A stretch of 64,000 nt of DNA from an uncultured Acidobacteriaceae bacterium (GCA_963836565.1 CAWIKA010000005.1:557685-621684); one strand, 5' to 3'. Shown: positions 31,667 through 41,193, counted from the stretch's first letter. Program-made: numbers and translations. Notes: generated by a model not told the origin, from the letters alone.

Positions 31667-33055
31667 ATGACGGAATCCTCGATAGCCACGGATACTATTG
31701 CTGCCATCTCCACACCTCCGGGTCGCGGCGGGATCGGCATCGTGCGACTGAGCGGCCCTGAGGCCGGATCGATCGCGGCGCAGTTGGTAAGCCTGCGCCA
31801 GTCGATGGAACATGCGCGAGCAAGATTGGCCGATGTACTGGATGCACCGGAATCGGGCGGTAGGCACATCGACGAAGCGGTCGTTACATGGTTTGGCGCG
31901 CCGAACTCCTACACCGCGGAAGATGTGGTGGAAATTGCGGCGCATGGGTCGCCCGTGGTGTTGGAACTACTGCTGCGCAGGGCCATGGACCTGGGCGCGC
32001 GGCTGGCCGAACCGGGCGAGTTTACGCAGCGAGCGTTTCTGGCCGGCAAGCTGGATCTTACGCAAGCTGAGGCAGTGCGCGATTTAATCGATGCGCAAAC
32101 GTTGACACAGGCGCGGCAGGCCGCGAGCCAGATGGGAGGCGCGCTGAGCCGGCGGGTACAGCCCCTGAAGCAATCGCTGGTGGAGTTGATCGCGCTGCTT
32201 GAGGCCGGGATTGATTTTGCCGAGGACGATGTGGACGTGACTCCGCAATCCGAGATCGCGCGCCGCATCGGTGAACTGGCGCTGTCGCTCGCCTCGTTGG
32301 AGGCTTCGTTTGCGCGCGGCCGTATCGTTCATGACGGGTTGACGCTTGCCATAGTGGGCCGCCCGAACGCGGGCAAGAGCTCGCTGTTCAATCGCCTGGT
32401 AGAGCGTGACCGGGCGATTGTCACCGCGACTCCCGGAACCACGCGCGACCTGGTGACGGAACGGATTTCACTGGATGGCATTCCTCTGGAGCTGGTGGAT
32501 ACGGCCGGCCTTCGCGAGTCCTTCGAGGAAGTCGAGCAACTGGGTATTGCCCGCAGCCGCGAAGCACTGGCCGATGCCGCGCTGGTGCTGGTGGTGCTGG
32601 ATTCGACTCAGCCGCTCAATGAAGAGGAACGGAATTTGCTGGCCGCGCTTGAGGGCCGTTCTGCAATCGTCGCGATCAACAAGAGCGATCTGGCGGGGAA
32701 CGCTGGAGTAGGGGCAGATTTTTCCGCAGCCGAATCCGCTGGGATAGCCGCGCTGGCTACATCGGCGCTCACCGGCGAGGGGATTGGCGCGTTGCGCGAC
32801 CGCATTCTTGCCCTGGCTACTGGCGGCGCGGCTGCAGAGCCCGGCCTGCTGACCAGCTTGCGCCATCAGCAGGCAATCGCCAACGCGCAGTCGGCGCTTG
32901 CGGATGCCGCGGGGGCCAATCAGAACAAGATTCCCCACGAGATGATCCTGATTGACCTCTACCGCGGCCTTTGGGCTCTCGACTCACTCACTGGCCAGAC
33001 CACTCCCGACGACATTCTTAATTTGATCTTTTCAACCTTCTGCATCGGAAAATAG
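31667..33055 (+). CDS. mnmE: tRNA modification GTPase MnmE
   Basis: GRGGIGIVRLSG, GRPNAGKSSLFN, PGTTRD, DTAGLR, NKSD, C-terminal FSTFCIGK. Confidence 0.98.
   Translation: MTESSIATDTIAAISTPPGRGGIGIVRLSGPEAGSIAAQLVSLRQSMEHARARLADVLDAPESGGRHIDEAVVTWFGAPNSYTAEDVVEIAAHGSPVVLELLLRRAMDLGARLAEPGEFTQRAFLAGKLDLTQAEAVRDLIDAQTLTQARQAASQMGGALSRRVQPLKQSLVELIALLEAGIDFAEDDVDVTPQSEIARRIGELALSLASLEASFARGRIVHDGLTLAIVGRPNAGKSSLFNRLVERDRAIVTATPGTTRDLVTERISLDGIPLELVDTAGLRESFEEVEQLGIARSREALADAALVLVVLDSTQPLNEEERNLLAALEGRSAIVAINKSDLAGNAGVGADFSAAESAGIAALATSALTGEGIGALRDRILALATGGAAAEPGLLTSLRHQQAIANAQSALADAAGANQNKIPHEMILIDLYRGLWALDSLTGQTTPDDILNLIFSTFCIGK
33034..33055 (+). repeat. attL of mnmE-integrated island
   Basis: AACCTTCTGCATCGGAAAATA(G); 20/21 identical to 61256-61276. 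Confidence 0.92.
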
Positions 33056-33174
33056 GTATAAGTTGTTTTTTATAAACAACTTGCATAACACTTAACAGAT
33101 CCAAATTTCTGCAGAAGTGAGCCAACCGCCACTCGTTCATCTGTCCGGAAAGCCAACTATACGTCCATATGGTT

Positions 33175-33355
33175 CTTGACCTCTGCCGTGACAGCACAAG
33201 TAAACGATTGAAAACAAATGATTTCATGGGCGTTGATGGCTAAGTTCAGCACCCTTGAGCATTCAAAAACACCGGGAAAATCGCCAATTTCAGTTTTCAA
33301 CACCCTCTCCAGCACCCTCGACTTTTCACGGCTCAGAAACCCCTTGACCTCTGCC
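33175..33355 (+). repeat. Cluster of short direct repeats near attL (arm-type binding-site candidates)
   Basis: CTTGACCTCTGCC at 33175 and 33343; CARCACCCT at 33247, 33298 and 33310. Nearby inverted repeat AAGTTGTTT-N5-AAACAACTT at 33060-33082. Confidence 0.6.
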
Positions 33356-33493
33356 TATGTTCAACACAGGTCGGGCGCAGGCCGTTTTGATCTCTGGCGC
33401 AAACGACCAGAGATCAATAATTGGTCACGGCCTCCTGCGAACCAGTTTCGATTCCTATCGACGCGTCCATGAGTGCCTAGGCGGAGATAACCG
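33345..33493 (+). repeat. Left-end repeat copy L1 (146-bp direct repeat of 41413-41558)
   Basis: Gapless alignment with 41413-41558, about 13 mismatches over the last 129 bp by hand count; ends GGCGGAG-ATAACCG. Confidence 0.92.
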
Positions 33494-33515
33494 CTCGTAG
33501 AAAATCGAATTGAAT

Positions 33516-34232
33516 TCAATCTTTCAGCGGCGGAGCTGGCGTCCCATCGGACCACTCTCCGGCCCAGATAAGAAAGATAGTAACCCGTTCTTCAGGGTCA
33601 TTTGCCGCCATCCCCGGCGAGCCCGGGAGGTTGGCTCCCCAGCTTTTCGCCGCGTCGCCCGCAACAAAAAACATCAGGTGCGGATGCCAGTTCATGTCGT
33701 GGTCGCTTAGGTACTGTTTCTTTGACATCATGTAGCACATCGCGCCCGGTTCCAAAGCAGGCAGTTCTTTGTTATCGAATGACGACTCGGTCGCCGCGAC
33801 GATCTCAGACTTTGATTTGCCCTCCAGCACCAGTTTGGTTTTCATCAGGTAGATGGGCAAAAAGATCTTTGCGGCCGCCGGATTGAAGCATATGGCGGCG
33901 CGGACATTGGGATTCCAGAATTCCGGGTGATCGGTGGCAGCCCCCCAGGATCGTTCCACGATACAGACAAAGCCATTCTTGCCTTTCACTGCGGTCGTGT
34001 ATCCCTTCCGCCCCAGCACCAACACTTCGGCTCCGTCCGAAACGGATGCTGGCGCAGCATTGCGCGCCAATGCGATCTCTGAGTTCTCATCGGGCATCAG
34101 GTACTCATTTAAAGCAGCCATGGCCGGATACGGAGTCTTCTCCGCCAGCGCAGGTGTCTGACATGTTGAGCTGGCCAAGACAAACTGGATAATGAATGCC
34201 AGCACAGCGATCCTGATTGTCTTATCGTGCAT
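33516..34232 (-). CDS. Exported conserved hypothetical protein
   Basis: Signal peptide; EIALARNAAP, GKNGFVCIVERSW, CFNPAA, YMMSKKQYL, WHPHLMF. Confidence 0.75.
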   Translation of the reverse strand: MHDKTIRIAVLAFIIQFVLASSTCQTPALAEKTPYPAMAALNEYLMPDENSEIALARNAAPASVSDGAEVLVLGRKGYTTAVKGKNGFVCIVERSWGAATDHPEFWNPNVRAAICFNPAAAKIFLPIYLMKTKLVLEGKSKSEIVAATESSFDNKELPALEPGAMCYMMSKKQYLSDHDMNWHPHLMFFVAGDAAKSWGANLPGSPGMAANDPEERVTIFLIWAGEWSDGTPAPPLKD

Positions 34233-34282
34233 GTGGCCCTCCGGAATGCGCACTCGGCTCGAGGTTTGGGTTTACAGGTTCT

Positions 34283-35056
34283 TCACTGACCAGAGACATA
34301 CTTGAGACCTCCATATTGCGGGTTCTTCCACAGTTCACCTTTGTATTCCATGTAGTCAGCGGTGGCCTGCGCGATTTCGCTTCCGTAATACCGTTCGACC
34401 ACATGCAACGCGAGATCGATTCCGGAACTCAGGCCGCCCGCGGTAGCAACTTTGTCATTGTCGACGTAGCGCAGTCCGGTGACGAATTGCACCGCAGGAT
34501 ATTTCTTTTGCATATCATCCATGAACATGTGATGGGTGGTTGCTCTTTGATGGTCCAGCAGACCATAAGCAGCGAGCATAGAAGCGCCCGTGCATACCGA
34601 CATGGTTATGTCCGCAGTCCTGGCGTTTTCCAGCAACCATCTCTTCTGCGCCTCACTTCGCCCGCCTTGCGCAGGGACGACGATCACCTGGGGTCTAGGG
34701 GCATTATCGAAGGTGAAGTTGGGAACGATTTGAAGACCGGCGACCGAGATCGATTTCTGCGAGTCGGAGACGGTGTACAGGTTGAACGGCATGATCATGT
34801 CGTCACCACCGCGCCAAGGCCCACCATGGGGAGCGAGCATAGTATCGCCAAATACTTCCCAGGGCCCCGCGAGATCGACCAGGGCGGTCTGGTCGGAAAC
34901 GATGAACGCGACATTGATGACCCCGTTTGCGGGCGGCTTGAGGATGCGCAACTGGGCGGAGCCAGATTGCGCATTTGCTTGGTGGAGGTGGCTAGCCGCG
35001 GCGAGCGCGCCGCACAGCGCGATGAGACCGAAAACTGTGTAGATTCCTTTGGTCAT
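34283..35056 (-). CDS. DJ-1/PfpI-family protein, exported
   Basis: DLAGPWEVF, SVCTGASMLA (nucleophile Cys), ATTHH, TAGGLSSGIDLALHVV. Confidence 0.88.
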   Translation of the reverse strand: MTKGIYTVFGLIALCGALAAASHLHQANAQSGSAQLRILKPPANGVINVAFIVSDQTALVDLAGPWEVFGDTMLAPHGGPWRGGDDMIMPFNLYTVSDSQKSISVAGLQIVPNFTFDNAPRPQVIVVPAQGGRSEAQKRWLLENARTADITMSVCTGASMLAAYGLLDHQRATTHHMFMDDMQKKYPAVQFVTGLRYVDNDKVATAGGLSSGIDLALHVVERYYGSEIAQATADYMEYKGELWKNPQYGGLKYVSGQ

Positions 35057-35201
35057 TGGTTGACCTCCTGCATGAAGAATTTGCGAACAGCACCAGCTTA
35101 CGGCTACACTGAAATGTCTCAAATGACAATTATCCGGCTTTTCGAGACATTTCTAGGATGAGGTACAACCGGGCGATTTACCGCTTCGTCCTGGCACACA
35201 A

Positions 35202-36176
35202 ATGAAACCAAGACACATCGTGATCCTGGGATATGACGGAATTATGGGCCTCGACCTCGTTGGGCCGATGGAGGCGTTTGCGTGCGCGCACGCGAAATCG
35301 TCAAAGGCGGGCACGGAAGTATGTTATCGAATCACCGTAGCAGCGCTGGAGGAAAAGACATTTCGCTCCGAATTCGGGCTTGCTATCACGGCGGATTGTA
35401 GCCTCTCCGGCATTCGCGATGTGGACACATTTCTCATCCCCGGCGGCCGAGGCCTGCGCGAGTCCGATGGCCAACTGAAGCTTACAGAGTGGTTGCAGAA
35501 GAACGCTGGCTCGATACGGCGGATCGCATCGGTTTGCACGGGGATCTATGGCCTTGCACCTTCGGGATTGTTGAACGGCCGAAAGGTCGCGACGCACTGG
35601 AGGTTCATTGCAGATTTGGCGAAGCGTTATCCGGCGCTAAAGGTTAATTCCGGCTCGCTTTACATTAGGGACGGGAAATTCTGGACCGCTGCAGGAGTGA
35701 CCGCGGGGATCGATCTCTCGCTGGCCCTAATCGAAGACGATTTCGGCTCGGAGGTAGCGCTTTCGGTCGCGCGCGAACTGGTCGTATACATGAAGAGATC
35801 TGGAGGGCAGGAGCAGTACTCAGAGCCGCTCCAGTTTCAAGTACAATCGCGCAGTCGCTTTGCGGATCTTTTGGCGTGGATGCCGGCGCACCTGGAACAG
35901 GATCTTTCGGTCGAGGCACTTGCAGATCGAGTTTCGTTGTGTCCACGGCAGTTTTCGCGGCGCTTTACCCAAGAGTTTGGTAGCAGCCCGGCTTCATTTG
36001 TGCGTCGACTGCGTCTGGACGAAGCGCGGCTGCGTCTCTCCGCGCCAGAGTGTACGGTGGAGGGCGTCGCGCGCTCGGTGGGATTCAGCGACAGCGATAA
36101 TTTCCGGCGAGCCTTCGAACGGTCCTTCGGGATTGCACCGAGTAGCTATCGAGGACGGTTTGCGGCGAGGCAATGA
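35202..36176 (+). CDS. GlxA-type AraC regulator (DJ-1 sensor domain plus HTH)
   Basis: SVCTGIYGLA, TAAGVTAGIDLSL, KRSGGQEQYS, AraC HTH GFSDSDNFRRAF; divergent from the DJ-1 gene. Confidence 0.92.
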   Translation: MKPRHIVILGYDGIMGLDLVGPMEAFACAHAKSSKAGTEVCYRITVAALEEKTFRSEFGLAITADCSLSGIRDVDTFLIPGGRGLRESDGQLKLTEWLQKNAGSIRRIASVCTGIYGLAPSGLLNGRKVATHWRFIADLAKRYPALKVNSGSLYIRDGKFWTAAGVTAGIDLSLALIEDDFGSEVALSVARELVVYMKRSGGQEQYSEPLQFQVQSRSRFADLLAWMPAHLEQDLSVEALADRVSLCPRQFSRRFTQEFGSSPASFVRRLRLDEARLRLSAPECTVEGVARSVGFSDSDNFRRAFERSFGIAPSSYRGRFAARQ

Positions 36177-36274
36177 TGACAGCGCCGAAAGTATCGGAAG
36201 AAACATTCAAAAATCGAGTCTTCTGGAACTGATGAGGGTAGGCGAACCCTCTGACTGCTTCTTGTACGCGGCCT

Positions 36275-38236
36275 TTAAATTGCGATTGGCGCCTCGTCCC
36301 GGTTCGAAATATGTTGCGATTCTCTGGGCGGAAGCAGGCGGGTCGAATTGAGGATGAACGTCAACTCGGACGCGACGTGGATGAACGCGGCCAGCAGCGG
36401 ATTGAGATAGCCAGCCGCGGCCAAGCCTATTCCGATGGTATCGACGATCAGAGTGCCATAGAAATTCTGTAGGATGATGGCGCGGCAACTTTTTGCAACG
36501 CGAACGGTTTCGACGAATTTCATGAGGTCGTTTCCGATCAGCACTACATCCGCACTTTCGCGGGCGACATCGGTTCCAGCACCCATGGCAACACCGACGG
36601 TGGCTTCGCTCAGCGCGGGTGCGTCGTTGATGCCGTCGCCGAGCATGGCCACGACTCGCCCTTCCCACACCTGTTCTGCGATTTGATGCGTTTTCTGCTC
36701 AGGAAGAAGTTCCGCGTGAACATTGCGGATGCCAAGATGGCCAGCTAGCGCTTGCGCGGTTTGCCTGGTATCTCCTGTCAGCAAGACAACATCGATTTTC
36801 ATCTCCCGGAGGGCCTTGACGGCTGACGCGGAGCCGGGCCGCAACTGATCCGCAACGACCACCGATCCAACGTACTTTCCGTTGTGTGCAACAAAGATCT
36901 CCGTGCCCTCAGCGGCGGGGCGCTCGGGCAGCTTCAGTCCCAATTCAGTGAAGAGCGGCCGATTGCCGGCAACAGTTTCTTCGCCCTCCGCTTCAGCCCG
37001 CACTCCCCGTCCAATCCGGTATTCGAAATGAGTTGGTTGGGAGACAGGAATGCTTCGCTGCTCCGCGAGACGAACGATCGCGCGACCCAGCGGATGCTCC
37101 GAATTGCTTTCAGCACTGGCAGCCACTTCAATGAGCGAACTCTCGGTAACGCCCGGCGCAGGGTTGACTTCTGTGACTGACGGAGTGCCGAAGGTGAGAG
37201 TTCCCGTCTTGTCGAGGAAGACGGTATTGAGTTGCCCAAGCGCCTCAAGGTAGATTCCGCCCTTGATGATGGAGCCGTGCCGTGCCGCGCGTCCGATGGC
37301 GCCAAGGATGGCCAGCGGAGTACCGGCGGCGATGCCGCAGGCTCCGGCGACAATGATGACCGAGATCGTGGAGCGGATATTGTGCGTGATAAGAAACGTG
37401 AGGATTGCGGCGCCTAGCGCGAAGTAGACCAGGTAGCCGGCCAGGCGGTCGGCCATCTTCTGAATAGGCGCCCGCGAATGCTCCGCCTTTTCCACGGCTT
37501 CTATGATCTTGCCGAATGTGGTCTCTTTTCCGAGCCGGTCAGCGCGCACCTGAAGGCTGCCTGCCTGGTTGATCGTGCCTGCATACACTTCCTTGCCCGC
37601 GGCCTTTTCGCTCGGCATCGGTTCGCCGGTAATTGCAGCCTCTTCAACAAACGAGTGGCCACTTACAACCTGGCCATCGACGGGAATTCGGCTGCCAGGA
37701 CGAATGACAACGATTTCGCCGGGAAGGATTGTCTGCGTGCGCACCTCGACAATCTGGCCGTTCCGCAGCACACTTGCCACTTGAGGGAGGAAGTCCAGCA
37801 TGTCCTGGATGGCTCGCCGGCCCCGGCCGACGGTCAATCCCTCCAGAATCTCGGCCGCCAGAACAAATGCGGTTATGACCAAAGCTGTGAAGAACTCGCC
37901 GATGGCCAGAGCGGAGACGAGCGCTATCATCATCGACAGCTCCATTGTCATGCGGCGCTCGACGATGTTCTCAACCGCCTCCTTGAAAATTGGATAGCCG
38001 CCGATCAGAGTGGCCGCCAGTCCGATCACGCTAACGCGATGGAATGGCTCCCACAGATGAAACCAGACTGCTGCCGCCGCCAATGCCACGAATAGAACAC
38101 GGAGCACCTCGACGAGTTCGAATGGGTGCTCATGATCGTGTTCAGCACCGTGGCCTTGCTCGTGATGCGGATGGGAATGGTTCGAATGCAGTTCGTCCTC
38201 GTCGAGGTGAGTTACGGTTTCGTGGGTGGCGGCCAT
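36275..38236 (-). CDS. Heavy-metal P1B-type ATPase with His-rich N-terminus
   Basis: TGEP, DKTGTLT, SEHPL, GDGINDAP; N-terminal HSNHSHPHHEQGHGAEHDHEH; metal-helix motif VAGACGIAAGTP. Confidence 0.93.
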   Translation of the reverse strand: MAATHETVTHLDEDELHSNHSHPHHEQGHGAEHDHEHPFELVEVLRVLFVALAAAAVWFHLWEPFHRVSVIGLAATLIGGYPIFKEAVENIVERRMTMELSMMIALVSALAIGEFFTALVITAFVLAAEILEGLTVGRGRRAIQDMLDFLPQVASVLRNGQIVEVRTQTILPGEIVVIRPGSRIPVDGQVVSGHSFVEEAAITGEPMPSEKAAGKEVYAGTINQAGSLQVRADRLGKETTFGKIIEAVEKAEHSRAPIQKMADRLAGYLVYFALGAAILTFLITHNIRSTISVIIVAGACGIAAGTPLAILGAIGRAARHGSIIKGGIYLEALGQLNTVFLDKTGTLTFGTPSVTEVNPAPGVTESSLIEVAASAESNSEHPLGRAIVRLAEQRSIPVSQPTHFEYRIGRGVRAEAEGEETVAGNRPLFTELGLKLPERPAAEGTEIFVAHNGKYVGSVVVADQLRPGSASAVKALREMKIDVVLLTGDTRQTAQALAGHLGIRNVHAELLPEQKTHQIAEQVWEGRVVAMLGDGINDAPALSEATVGVAMGAGTDVARESADVVLIGNDLMKFVETVRVAKSCRAIILQNFYGTLIVDTIGIGLAAAGYLNPLLAAFIHVASELTFILNSTRLLPPRESQHISNRDEAPIAI

Positions 38237-38252
38237 GAGATCTCCTGACTTT

Positions 38253-38531
38253 TCAGTTGAAATAGCGCTTCACGACAGCGATGAGGTCGTCCGCCGCCGA
38301 TTGCTGCGCCGGGCGTGTTTTCTGCTCGGGGTCGAGCACATGGAAACGCAGGTGGCCTTCGATCAGCTCCGCCATCAATCCGTTAAGAGCGCCGCGGCAG
38401 GAAGCAACCAGTTGCAGAATCTCCTCGCATTCACCTTCCCCTTCAAGAGCCCGTTCGATGGCCTCCACCTGGCCCTTGATACGCCGGACGCGTGTTAGAG
38501 TCTTCGTCTTGTTCTTCGAAATATGTGACAA
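38253..38531 (-). CDS. CsoR/RcnR/FrmR-family metal-sensing repressor
   Basis: RVRRIKGQVEAIER, ECEEILQLVASCRGA, LIEGHLRFH. Confidence 0.92.
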   Translation of the reverse strand: MSHISKNKTKTLTRVRRIKGQVEAIERALEGEGECEEILQLVASCRGALNGLMAELIEGHLRFHVLDPEQKTRPAQQSAADDLIAVVKRYFN

Positions 38532-38552
38532 TTCGTTCTCCCTCTTTGCTAG

Positions 38553-38574
38553 TAATATACTCCCCTATACTATA
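38553..38574. promoter_or_regulatory. Candidate RcnR/FrmR-type operator
   Basis: TAATATACTCCCCTATACTATA: AT-rich arms around a C-tract, between divergent genes. Confidence 0.55.
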
Positions 38575-38603
38575 AGAGGAAATGGGTAGCAAGGAGCGAA
38601 ACC

Positions 38604-38957
38604 ATGCTGGAGACCAAACGCCTCGTGATTGGCCAAATGATTGTCTGCCACGGCTGCTGCTGCGGGGCGACCCAGAAAGACCGCCCCGAGGTACCGGTCA
38701 AGTGGCTGAAGGATGAGTGGCGAAAGCGTGGCCTCTTAAAGCGGTTTCAACTCACCGTGAGCGGCTGTGTCGGCCCCTGCGACGTTCCAAATGTCGTGGT
38801 GGTGAATTCGGAGGCCGGTTCGCAATGGCTGGGTAATATCACCCATTTCAACCAATATCGCTCGCTGATTGAGTGGGCGGTGCGATCCGTTGATGCTGGA
38901 CATCTGCTGGAGTTGCCGCGCGAATTCAAGGACCATCGGATCGAACCCTGGCGCTAA
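38604..38957 (+). CDS. Cys-rich thioredoxin-like (2Fe-2S ferredoxin-type) small protein
   Basis: VCHGCCCG and SGCVGPCD motifs. Confidence 0.7.
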   Translation: MLETKRLVIGQMIVCHGCCCGATQKDRPEVPVKWLKDEWRKRGLLKRFQLTVSGCVGPCDVPNVVVVNSEAGSQWLGNITHFNQYRSLIEWAVRSVDAGHLLELPREFKDHRIEPWR

Positions 38958-39006
38958 GTTTCAATGCTCGCTCTTGATGGTTGAAACCGATGGTGTGGAC
39001 GCCGCG

Positions 39007-39399
39007 TTACGACTTGGCGGGGATACACGCCGCACATGTGCCGTAAACGTAAAAGTCGTGCCCGGATGCGCGAAAACCCTTGGGCAATTTCGGCCTGCTC
39101 TGGGCAACACACCCTTGCAGGTCGTACAGCTTCCCGCAGTCGTTGCATTGAAAGTGGTGATGATGTTCTTTGCCCGCCACTTCGTACCGCTTGGAATCTC
39201 CAGGTACTTCGACCGGCTGCAGCCATCCTTCCTCAACCAGCGTCTGGATGTTTCGGTACACCGTGGCAATCCCAACACCCGGATGGTGCTGCTGTGCCGA
39301 TTGGAGAACTTCTTCAGGAGACAGCGGCCGGTTGGCTCCTGCAAAAGCCTCTCGAATGGCAGTCTTTTGTCTGGTGTTTCGAATCTCTCTGGTGCTCAA
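39007..39399 (-). CDS. Fur-family regulator (Zur/Nur-like)
   Basis: TRQKTAI, GIATVYRNI, HHHHFQCNDCG, YVYGTCAAC. Confidence 0.92.
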   Translation of the reverse strand: MSTREIRNTRQKTAIREAFAGANRPLSPEEVLQSAQQHHPGVGIATVYRNIQTLVEEGWLQPVEVPGDSKRYEVAGKEHHHHFQCNDCGKLYDLQGCVAQSRPKLPKGFRASGHDFYVYGTCAACIPAKS

Positions 39400-39505
39400 T
39401 CGAACCTCCTCTGTGCAAGATTAACGACTCCTCTTGATCCGGAATCCGGCGTTAAACCCCGACTCGAAATGAAGCGTCATCGGAATGCGCCGATCGCGCA
39501 ATCGT

Positions 39506-39530
39506 GATAATGATATACCATTACCATTAT
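39506..39530 (+). promoter_or_regulatory. Fur-box-like sequence abutting the lgt start
   Basis: GATAATGATATACCATTACCATTAT, compared with the Fur consensus GATAATGATAATCATTATC. Confidence 0.55.
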
Positions 39531-40398
39531 GGCTACCGCCGTTACTTTCCTGATTCCGGCACACCACTACTGGGTCGATCGGCTCAATCCGTGGCTAGTC
39601 CATTTCGGCAGCGGATTTGGAGTTCGCTGGTACGGGCTCGCGTACCTGGCAGGATTCCTGCTCGCCGGATGGATTCTTGCACGTTGGGCTCGCAGAGGGA
39701 AACTGCCGATTCCGGAGAAGGAAGTAGCCAGCTTCATCCTCTATGCTGCGCTGGGCGTGATGATTGGCGGCCGACTCGGCTACTGCCTCCTGTACAACCT
39801 ACACGAGGTCGTACATCGCCCTCTTGAGATTCTGAAGGTCTGGCATGGCGGCATGGCAAGCCACGGCGGAATGGCTGGCCTGATCGTCGCCATCTGGTTT
39901 TTCGCGCGCCGCCGGGGTCTGAATACTCTCTCGCTGCTGGATGCAGCAGCGGCAACCGGGCCGCTCGGCATCGCTCTGGGCCGCATCGCGAACTTTGTGA
40001 ATGGAGAACTGTGGGGCAGACCGGCCCTTGTCCCCTGGGCGGTCATTTTCCCTGATGCGCCTCTGGTGGGCGGCCATCAGGTGCCGCGTCATCCCAGCCA
40101 GCTTTACGCTGCCGGAATCGAAGGGTTCCTGGTCTTCTTCGTGGGTCTCACGGTGTACGGCAAATCCTCCCGGCCCGGACTCACCACGGCTACTGTGCTG
40201 ACGGTCTACGGCGTAGGACGATTCATCGACGAGTTTTGGAGGCAGCCGGATATGGGTCAACCCGTCTATTGGGGATGGATGAGCAAGGGGCAGCTCTTGA
40301 CGATCCCGGTGATTGTTGCCGGGCTCTCGTGGCTTCTGTGGTACAGAGTGCACTCGGTTGGGGTGGGAAAAACAACGAGCGCCGCCGGATGCGACTAA
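39529..40398 (+). CDS. lgt: Prolipoprotein diacylglyceryl transferase
   Basis: VRWYGLAY, GGRLGYCL, WHGGMASHGG, GRIANFVNGELWGR, RHPSQLY, RFIDEFWRQPD, MSKGQLL. Confidence 0.96.
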   Translation: MATAVTFLIPAHHYWVDRLNPWLVHFGSGFGVRWYGLAYLAGFLLAGWILARWARRGKLPIPEKEVASFILYAALGVMIGGRLGYCLLYNLHEVVHRPLEILKVWHGGMASHGGMAGLIVAIWFFARRRGLNTLSLLDAAAATGPLGIALGRIANFVNGELWGRPALVPWAVIFPDAPLVGGHQVPRHPSQLYAAGIEGFLVFFVGLTVYGKSSRPGLTTATVLTVYGVGRFIDEFWRQPDMGQPVYWGWMSKGQLLTIPVIVAGLSWLLWYRVHSVGVGKTTSAAGCD

Positions 40399-40467
40399 AC
40401 CTTATTGCCCTATGCAGCGACAACAACAGGTCACGAATGACCTTTGGAAGAATCATGGAGTCACACA

Positions 40468-41193
40468 ATGAACCCTCTGCTTCTCACCTCGATGGCGGCC
40501 GTTTCAACTTCTGTGGGCGGCTATTGTGCCGTCCTGCTGCAGCGGAGAGTCCATCTGCTCATGTCCTTCGGCACCGGAGTGCTCGTTGGCGCTGCCCTGC
40601 TGGATTTGCTCCCCTCCGCATTGTCGGCCGCGGAAAGCTCAGGTTCATCGAAGGCACTGGTTTTTCCCATCGCTGCCTTCGGCGGCCTGCTTATCTTCTG
40701 CATCGGGGAAGTAGCGAGCCGTTATCGAGCAAACAGGGTCGGTAATCGATCGGCCGGAAGGGTCAGTGCCTCTTTCCTCATTGTGCACAGCACTCTCGAC
40801 GGAACGGCTATCTTCGCTGCGTCCACCATATCGCTGCAGTTGGGGCTGATTGTGGGACTCGGAGTCGTAGCGCACGATATATGCGACGGATTGAACACGA
40901 TCCTGCTGGCCACCGGCGCAGAAAAACCTGGATGGACCGATTACGGGTTTCTGGCGCTCGATGCCCTGGCGCCCATCGCCGGCGGCCTGATCGCAGCCCA
41001 TCTCTTCCGGGTCTCCGATGCGCTGGTCATGGTCTTTCTTAGCCTTGCGGCAGGATCCTTTCTCTTTACCGCATTCTTCGGTCTGCTTCCCGATACTTGG
41101 CGACGCGCAAGCCGCAGTCTGGTGCTCTCCCTTGGACTCGTCGGCTTTTTGCTGATCCTGTGCCTCACAAAGCTGGTCGGCGCGCTTGGGTAG
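40468..41193 (+). CDS. ZIP-family metal transporter
   Basis: FGTGVLVGAALLDLLP, VHSTLDG, VAHDICDG, AAGSFLF...LLP. Confidence 0.85.
   Translation: MNPLLLTSMAAVSTSVGGYCAVLLQRRVHLLMSFGTGVLVGAALLDLLPSALSAAESSGSSKALVFPIAAFGGLLIFCIGEVASRYRANRVGNRSAGRVSASFLIVHSTLDGTAIFAASTISLQLGLIVGLGVVAHDICDGLNTILLATGAEKPGWTDYGFLALDALAPIAGGLIAAHLFRVSDALVMVFLSLAAGSFLFTAFFGLLPDTWRRASRSLVLSLGLVGFLLILCLTKLVGALG

Noticed and set aside
33359-33490. L repeat as an integron attC site
   Set aside because: GTTCAAC fits R'' in L1 only; there is no GTTRRRY R' box in either copy, and neither recombinase shows an obvious IntI-specific insertion.
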